Positions 61,826-64,000 of a stretch of 64,000 nucleotides of DNA are shown here, one piece after another. Position 1 is the first letter of the stretch. Every line of letters starts with the position of its first letter. Source of the DNA: Opisthocomus hoazin (taxonomy: Eukaryota); assembly GCF_030867145.1 (NCBI RefSeq), contig NC_134414.1, positions 22,806,810 through 22,870,809 on the forward strand, written 5' to 3'. Made by a program: the position numbers and the translations under genes. The notes under the pieces are model-generated. The model did no database searches. It had not been told where the DNA came from and saw only the letters and a program-made list of their open reading frames with translations.

Positions 61826-64000
61826 CGGCTGCGCCCGGCGGCGGCGGGGCTGGCGGGCGGCCCGGCCGCCCCCTGCCTGGGGCCGTTGGCCGCCCCGGGG
61901 TCGGGTTTCGGGCCGCTCCCCGAGGAGGTGCCCGGCGGCGCGGGGTCGGGAGCGGGCGGCAGGGCGGGCCCCGGCGCGCTCGGCTGCTCTTCCCTCGCTG
62001 TCTGTGCGCGCAGGCGGCGCAGGCAGAGGCTGCTGCTCGGGCAGATTTTCCTGCACGATTCTTTTATAGCTGGACGAGAACCATGCAAAAATAGTGGCTC
62101 CGTTGTAATTGTAACTTAAGCCACGTTGTGCGTAATTTTGTAAGTAAGCTTTTTGACTAAAGAGAATAAATCTAGGGTATCTTCACTAAGTTCGTTGGTT
62201 GTTTTTTATGTCTGCATTGTTAAACTACTTGCTCTTACGGGTGGATTGCAGTAGTGTTTTGATGTAAAGTGCTTGCAGAAATGGACAGGATCGAACATAA
62301 CAGAGAACTTGGAGGTGGTTTCAAAGTATGTGTAGTGAGAGTCTGTTTACTGGCGTATAAAGTATATGAAGACCTCTTAAAATAACTTCCAGTTAAAAAA
62401 AAAACCCTAGCTATAGTGATTTTGGCTTTGTTTAGACAGAAGTATCATACCTTCTTTCTTTGGAAGCAGCCTAGACTGGTTGAAGTTTTTCTAAAAATTA
62501 TTTTTTGTATTTGAGGTTTAGGAAATAAGACAGCTATTTTTTAGTCTGAAAATAAGGGGGTTTTTTAACCTAATTTTTATTTTTCATTTTATGTTTCAGT
62601 CAGGTACATGATAGTATAAAATTCTGCCTGTTCAGTGTAAAACATAAGGGTTTTGGAAACCTTAGGTTGGAGAACCTTCAGATCAAGAATTTCTTATGTA
62701 TTTGTGATGCTGTTGTGAGTAGGCTCTATCTTGGCTGAAATAATCTTGATGGCTTAAGAATGTTATGCTTTAGAGGTAATACAGTATTTGCCTCTATGAA
62801 AGTAAGTGTTGGCTGAAATAATAAGTCAGGCTTCAAAACAAGAGCACTCCATTTCTTCTTTTTCCTTTTTTCCGCCCGCCCCCAAATGATGGAACTTAAA
62901 ATCTGTATACTGGGGGCAGCGTGGGGAGTTGCACCACTCCACACACTTCTGAAGAATACCACAATACATCAAGTACCATCTCTTAGAAATGCCATTGACG
63001 TGCTAGTGAAAAGGTGTCTTATGCTCCTTCTTGCTGTCATCTTCCTCTGAGCAGGCCATTCTGCAGCAGGTTCTGAGCTGTATGCACTCGAGGTTTCCAG
63101 ACCAGGTCAGTGCAGTTAGCTTTACTGTGTGCCTGTGCCTTACCCAGTATGTGTTGGCTGTGGCTTTGTAGCAGGGCTCCAATTGCATCTGGTCACCTTT
63201 CTGTTGCTCTTAAATGGGGGCCGTGCTCCTGTGCTTTGGAAGCACAGGGCAAGAGAGATACTCACTCTCAGGCCTAACTTCTGAAATGTCTGAAGAAAGC
63301 TGTGTGTTACGTTCAGTGGAGTATGTTTTACTTGGTCTGCTTCAGACCAGTGGTTCCTAGCTTGCGGTTTCCCAGGTCTGATGCAACATCCGAGCAGATA
63401 CAGAGTCTGCCACTGTCCAGCACAGCACAAGGCCAGTCGGTGTGTTGCTGTGTCACAGCTGCAGAAGCAGGAGAGCTGGAGAGCACCGCACAGAGAAGCT
63501 CTTGTCATTCGCAGTCCTGGTGTTGCTGGAACTGGTAGTAGTGGTAGCAGGAGAGACAGCACTCCTAGGATGGGATTGGGCTGGTGAGTTAAACCTGCTG
63601 ATAAATGAAACAGTGACGTGTCCTACCTAAGAGATCGAGCAATAACAGTCTGGGAATGTTTCCTCTTGGTACACCTAGAAGGCCTTTCATACTGCACTAA
63701 AACAACAGACTCCAACGCAAATTGTGGCATTGCCCTTTCCATAGGAGTTGGTTCTAGCCCATCACTGGTTCTCGCAGAAGCTACAGCACTATAAAAATGC
63801 TTGGAAGTGTTCCATTATTTGTAAGTGGTAGGAAAGAAATAACAACGTTGAGTAAAATAGTGTTGACGGGTGATTGTAAGGCTGTGAATGTATCTTTAGT
63901 ATGATGATCAATCTCCTGTCTTTACTTCAGCTGCATTTTTGTGTCAGTCTCTACATGCTGGACGTAGAGACATTGAACAGCCAAATAGTTGTAAATTTGC

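Larger units (their letters stand above)
60560..62070. promoter_or_regulatory. CpG island around the MPHOSPH8 promoter and first exon. The long 342-492 aa ORFs on both strands here are GC-composition artefacts.
   Basis: The region is extremely CpG- and GC-rich and brackets the MPHOSPH8 ATG. Confidence 0.7.

Noticed and set aside
60578-62088. Long minus-strand ORFs of 492 aa and 342 aa, and plus-strand ORFs of 204 aa and 186 aa
   Set aside because: These are GC-rich artefacts in the MPHOSPH8 CpG island and the G-rich minisatellite (repetitive PPSLPPSGTRRLP peptides come from translating the tandem repeat). Only the 61215-61454 segment matches a real protein (MPP8).
1-64000. Prokaryotic-style content (operons, CRISPR arrays, defence systems)
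   Set aside because: The sequence has vertebrate hallmarks throughout: long AT-rich introns with GT-AG splice sites, CpG islands, CR1 LINEs and multi-exon genes orthologous to human CENPJ, PARP4 and MPHOSPH8. No tandem spacer-repeat architecture or dense gene packing is present.

Overview
This window is vertebrate nuclear DNA, almost certainly avian (chicken-like): it carries CR1 LINE fragments with the characteristic ...CCATTCTGTGA 3' tails. It is not prokaryotic and contains no operons or CRISPR arrays. Three protein-coding genes are recognisable by translating exon-sized blocks and comparing them with vertebrate orthologues recalled from memory; no database search was run. (1) CENPJ (CPAP), the first two coding exons, on the minus strand (2890..2513 and 466..340). 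(2) The complete coding region of PARP4 (vault poly-ADP-ribose polymerase) on the plus strand, 33 coding exons from the ATG at 10644 to the stop at 58874-58876. It encodes the BRCT domain, the PARP regulatory and catalytic domain, the VIT domain and the vWA domain. A non-coding 5' exon probably lies in the CpG island near 4.5-5.1 kb. (3) The first coding exon of MPHOSPH8 (MPP8) on the plus strand at 61215..~61454, inside a second CpG island. CENPJ and PARP4 are head-to-head around one CpG island (about 3650-5060), consistent with a bidirectional promoter. Introns carry several CR1 fragments in both orientations, including an internal reverse-transcriptase fragment with no 3' tail. The most unusual structures are as follows. 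PARP4 exon 7 has no GT donor and fits a GC-AG intron. An approximately 730-bp unit is tandemly triplicated around the large 687-nt PARP4 exon, leaving degenerate exon remnants; separately, the last ~50 codons of that exon are duplicated once immediately 3' of its donor (53172-53432). A G-rich minisatellite of about 8 units of ~40 bp sits in MPHOSPH8 intron 1. The conserved PARP H-G-S motif reads H-A-S here. All exon coordinates were derived by hand from codon phase and splice consensus and may be off by a few bases.
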